From: Deferribacterales bacterium
Lineage (GTDB): Bacteria; Chrysiogenota; Deferribacteres; Deferribacterales; Geovibrionaceae
Assembly (NCBI GenBank): GCA_050253075.1
Contig: JBFWJS010000001.1
Coordinates: 448,001 to 512,000 of the forward strand
DNA: 64,000 nucleotides
Reading direction: 5' to 3'
The position numbers and the translations under genes were made by a program. Positions 60,514-64,000 of the stretch are shown here, piece after piece. The notes beneath the pieces were generated by a model. That model was not told the DNA's origin, made no database searches, and saw nothing but the letters and a program-made list of their open reading frames with translations. Position 1 is the stretch's first letter. The number at the start of each line of letters is the position of its first letter.

Positions 60514-62634
60514 CTATTTTGTTTTGATATTTTCCATAAGCATTGCTGTCTGAGCATAGCTGTGGCTGCGCACGTCATAGCCCTTGTGCTCAAATTTCGA
60601 TGCCATGGCATATAGGGTTGAAGCGTAGGCGCCTGTTATCTGATCGATGTTGTACCCTGCGATACGGACATCCTTAGCACCTGTAATATTGATCTTGGTC
60701 AGCTTGCTCAGTATCGGTTCCACTGTCGCATAAAAGTCCTCGACAAGGTCAGGAAACATCGTGAGGAACTCTCTCAGGTATTCATTGGACTGTTGTAAAT
60801 CTCCTGCAAGAAGTGAATCCAGCACGAGGTTGGAGTATATCTTTGCTCCTTCTGCCTGATAGATCTTTTTCATCAGAGCTAAAGGAGCTTTTCTCTCATA
60901 ACAGACAAGCAGCTGGCGGCCTGCTTTGAATTCTTCATTTCTAGCATACTTCTTGAGCTCTGCTTTAACATGCATAGGAGTCATGGAAATAGGGCTGTCA
61001 TGAGAGTAAAGTATGTTTGTAAAGCTGATGACAGACAGCAATATGAGGAAAGAAGTAAGCACTCCGGTGTATGTGTAATTCAGCCTGCTCTTCTCAGTGA
61101 AGAAGAACTTATTAGAGTAGTAAATTATAAAAGCAGAAAGTGTGATTGCAAAGAAATCGACAGCTTTGATTTCGCTGAAAAGATATATCTGCAGAAGACA
61201 GAAGCACATTATCAGCTCCATCGGATTAGAAATGAAGAGGTCTAAACGTTTCTGCATAAATGTCTTCAGCACGACACATACGCCAAGTATTGAGATGCAT
61301 ACAATGTGCAGCTGGTTGAAACCGTTATAATAAGCTGTCATTAGCATGTAAAAGAAAAGCCAGAAAAAGCTGAATGACACAAACTGGTTCTTTATATTTG
61401 ATACACGCTTATACGCAAGAGTTATCAGGATAGATAGTACAAACAATACCGCAATGATCAGCTGATAATAATCTGTAAGTACATGGGTAAATATGAAGTT
61501 TATGATCATAACTGATGTGGTGATGGCAATAATTACGTCCAGCCCTTTTGTCTGTATGGTCTTTTCGTTGTTATATTTGCTTATTCTTAGAGCAGCCTGC
61601 CTCATGTTTTCGTTGATATCCCTGATCTTTGTGCCGACATCAAAGAGATGAAAGAGCTTTAATATCAGGAAGAATGAATACAAAACTAAAAATATTATAG
61701 TAGCTCCCCATATGAACTGCTGTCTGAGTGAGAGCAGTGAGACGGCGATAAGTACAAGTGAAAGACTGTAGAATATCATAAGTGTCTGAACCGAAGAAAA
61801 CTCAAGACTGAGCAGTCTGTGGTGCAGATGTTCTTTATCCGCAGCCATGAGATTCTGCCCTTTTAGTGCACGTCTCATAATAGCGAGAAAAGTGTCAAAC
61901 AGAGGGAGCGAAATGAACATTACGGGGATCAGCACGGAGAGGAGTGTCCCGCTCTTGTGTGATGTCGCAATGGACATGATGGCTATGTTGAACCCGAGGA
62001 AAAGACTCCCTGTATCCCCCATGAAAACCTTTGCCGGGGGGATGTTGTATCTGAGGAACCCGAGGGTTGCCCCCATCAGTCCCATACAGATGTAGGCATT
62101 TAGTTCAAATCCTTTTACGTAGGCTGCATACCCCATAGCACCGAAAGCCATGAAAGCGATACCGCCGGCGAGCCCGTCCATGCCGTCGATAAGGTTAAGA
62201 GCGTTTGTTACTAACACTACCCACGCATATGTAAAGAGGACATTAGCAAATGGATTGCTTAGAAAAGGTATATTGAGAGACATTATAGAAAATCTGAAAT
62301 CCGTAAAGACAATGATGATGGTGGTGGCGACGAGCTGCAGTATCAGCTTTTGATAAGCACGCAGGTCGTGGATGTCGTCGATCATGCCCGTGATGATTAT
62401 CAGCAGGTTTGCACATATCATCGCATACATCTTTGTGGAAAATGAGTCTATGAAGAAAATTATGACGCAGTAAGCTATAAAAATACCGAGCCCTCCCAGA
62501 AGGGGGGTGTTATCGATATGGATTTTCCTCTCATTCGGAACATCGACAATATGCGCTTTCGCCGCAAATGTCGTTATAAACGGCACAGTAGCCAGACTGA
62601 CGATAAAACCTGTCAGCATATATATCAATAACAT
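60514..62634 (-). CDS. WecA/TagO-like undecaprenyl-phosphate HexNAc-1-P transferase with a long C-terminal extension
   Basis: DVPNERKIH..PLLGG, GMIDD, NALNLIDGMDGLA, FMGDTGS, DTFLAIMRR and DKEHLHH. Confidence 0.88.
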   Translation of the reverse strand: MLLIYMLTGFIVSLATVPFITTFAAKAHIVDVPNERKIHIDNTPLLGGLGIFIAYCVIIFFIDSFSTKMYAMICANLLIIITGMIDDIHDLRAYQKLILQLVATTIIIVFTDFRFSIMSLNIPFLSNPFANVLFTYAWVVLVTNALNLIDGMDGLAGGIAFMAFGAMGYAAYVKGFELNAYICMGLMGATLGFLRYNIPPAKVFMGDTGSLFLGFNIAIMSIATSHKSGTLLSVLIPVMFISLPLFDTFLAIMRRALKGQNLMAADKEHLHHRLLSLEFSSVQTLMIFYSLSLVLIAVSLLSLRQQFIWGATIIFLVLYSFFLILKLFHLFDVGTKIRDINENMRQAALRISKYNNEKTIQTKGLDVIIAITTSVMIINFIFTHVLTDYYQLIIAVLFVLSILITLAYKRVSNIKNQFVSFSFFWLFFYMLMTAYYNGFNQLHIVCISILGVCVVLKTFMQKRLDLFISNPMELIMCFCLLQIYLFSEIKAVDFFAITLSAFIIYYSNKFFFTEKSRLNYTYTGVLTSFLILLSVISFTNILYSHDSPISMTPMHVKAELKKYARNEEFKAGRQLLVCYERKAPLALMKKIYQAEGAKIYSNLVLDSLLAGDLQQSNEYLREFLTMFPDLVEDFYATVEPILSKLTKINITGAKDVRIAGYNIDQITGAYASTLYAMASKFEHKGYDVRSHSYAQTAMLMENIKTK

Positions 62635-62762
62635 TAATTGCCTCGCCTGTTTATGTGTTTACGGGCTTTCGGCGGTATAACCGCTGCATATTAAATTTAT
62701 AAAAGTTTCTATTACAAACCATTATAAATCATAATATTTGAAAAGTTAAAGGTAATTTTACA

Positions 62763-64000
62763 CTAATGTGTATAAAAAATAGTTTGACAGATATCGCAAT
62801 GCCTTAAAAACAGGGCACATCTGTCGTCCTTTAGACTTGTTTGATCAGGTTTCGGCATTCCAAATGTTTCGTCATTAGTGAAAAAATCATTTTCCGAAAG
62901 ATCCATCGGTGTGCCGTCGCCGTGTTTGAGCTTGAGTTCATTATGAAGCCCCAGCAGGAAAGCGAGAGCGTTGTTGCGCATCTCGATGCTGTTGCCTTCG
63001 GCCATGAATGTCAGCTTAGGGGATGTATTTGACATGCCGTACATGATAAACCCTTCGGGGAAATCCACTCTTATCTGTCCGTCAAAGAGTGTGATGTCGA
63101 AGCCTTCTTTATCTTTGAAGGCCTTCTCTATCATTTCTACGGCATCTTTTGTGATCGCGTCTTTACTGTCGTTGTCCTTTGCTACTGTGCGTATCTCTTT
63201 AGTGGTGAATCTCTTCGGCATTGTGTCAAAGTATTCTTCGAGAGAGCCTATGCCGAGCTCGTCTATTATCTGCTCGAGGATGAAGATGTTCTCTACGGCG
63301 TCGTCTCTGGGGATGCCGTCCTCTGTGTCAGTGGCGAACATGTGCAGGCTCGCTTCAATCTGAAGGTCTCTGTAGCCTGTCTCAGCGACAAATTTCTTTA
63401 TATCCGTGTATCCTGCGAGGGATGCCACGGTCTTCATGTTTTCTGTTATGGTCTCTTTCCAGAGGGAATGCCCCTTCGGATGGAAAATTGTCGATCCTCC
63501 CATAGACTCCACATACTGCTTCACTGCGCCTGTATATCTTGCGTCTATGTAGAATCTGCTGCATACGCTTTTTACCGCTCTGAGGGTTCTTTCGCTGTAT
63601 ATCTTCTCTTTCAGCTTTTCTATCAATGCAGGGATGGCAACTTTCATCTTATAATCTGCGAGGATAAATGCGAGAGCATCGCCGAGGTAATGCCCTGTGG
63701 CGGTGGATTCGAGAGCCTTTGCCCCCTCGGTCAGCGATCCTCTGTCGGCGTCGAGGTCGAATGAGTGCACACGCTTGCCCGCTTTCAGCGCTTCGGAGAG
63801 TCCCGGTACTTTCGCTAGCATCTCTTTGCGTGTGGGGTCTGCGAGTACGGCACCGCTGTTTACGTCTATGTCGGTGCCTATGATGGTGCACTTGTCGCCG
63901 AGTATATCTTTAAAGAGCGACTCATACTGAAGCCCTGTGCCTCCGAAGAGGTTTACGGCTACTTTAGAGTTGTCCCTGTTTTTGAAATAGTCTGCATATA
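62763..64000 (-). CDS. 3' part of a divergent phosphohexomutase (PGM/PMM superfamily); 5' end lies outside the window
   Basis: The frame stays open to the window end (YADYFKNRDNSKVAVNLFGGTG...). FDLDADR metal loop, KGHS, DG..VDF and SNTSP are present. Confidence 0.7.
   Translation of the reverse strand, partial: YADYFKNRDNSKVAVNLFGGTGLQYESLFKDILGDKCTIIGTDIDVNSGAVLADPTRKEMLAKVPGLSEALKAGKRVHSFDLDADRGSLTEGAKALESTATGHYLGDALAFILADYKMKVAIPALIEKLKEKIYSERTLRAVKSVCSRFYIDARYTGAVKQYVESMGGSTIFHPKGHSLWKETITENMKTVASLAGYTDIKKFVAETGYRDLQIEASLHMFATDTEDGIPRDDAVENIFILEQIIDELGIGSLEEYFDTMPKRFTTKEIRTVAKDNDSKDAITKDAVEMIEKAFKDKEGFDITLFDGQIRVDFPEGFIMYGMSNTSPKLTFMAEGNSIEMRNNALAFLLGLHNELKLKHGDGTPMDLSENDFFTNDETFGMPKPDQTSLKDDRCALFLRHCDICQTIFYTH

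Overview
This is a bacterial chromosomal window; the housekeeping proteins and gene order suggest a Deferribacterota-like anaerobe, which is inference and not verified. Most of it is core genome: mutS, a lapA/lapB-like pair, HIT and sirtuin genes, CIRCE-controlled groES-groEL, leuCD, glyS-ppdK, a four-tRNA cluster ahead of tig-clpP-clpX-lon-rpsU, secA, hisBHA-pgpA-cinA, lpxC, a wecA-like gene and a partial phosphohexomutase. Two families of CGTC/GTCAT-type palindromic REP-like repeats sit in intergenic spacers. Two largely AT-rich surface-glycan loci stand out. Locus 1 (about 9.2-14.1 kb) has a decayed IS3, a secreted D-glucuronyl C5-epimerase-like protein, a UDP-HexNAc dehydrogenase and a WbpD-like acetyltransferase. 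Locus 2 (about 43.6-59.4 kb) has WbpB, WecB/WbpI, Wzm/Wzt, a 1271-aa methyltransferase/coiled-coil/glycosyltransferase protein with an exact 300-bp in-frame duplication, a 1023-aa secreted beta-propeller/transglutaminase-fold protein, an AsnB-like amidotransferase and two GT4 enzymes. The main observation is a roughly 135-150 aa beta-rich module that, by eye, is shared by the C5-epimerase and Wzt and, apparently circularly permuted, by the 1271-aa protein. It would tie the two loci into one candidate system: an ABC-exported diacetamido-uronate polysaccharide with a tunable length ruler and post-export editing by deamidation and C5 epimerisation. All functional calls come from motif recognition by eye; no database searches were run.
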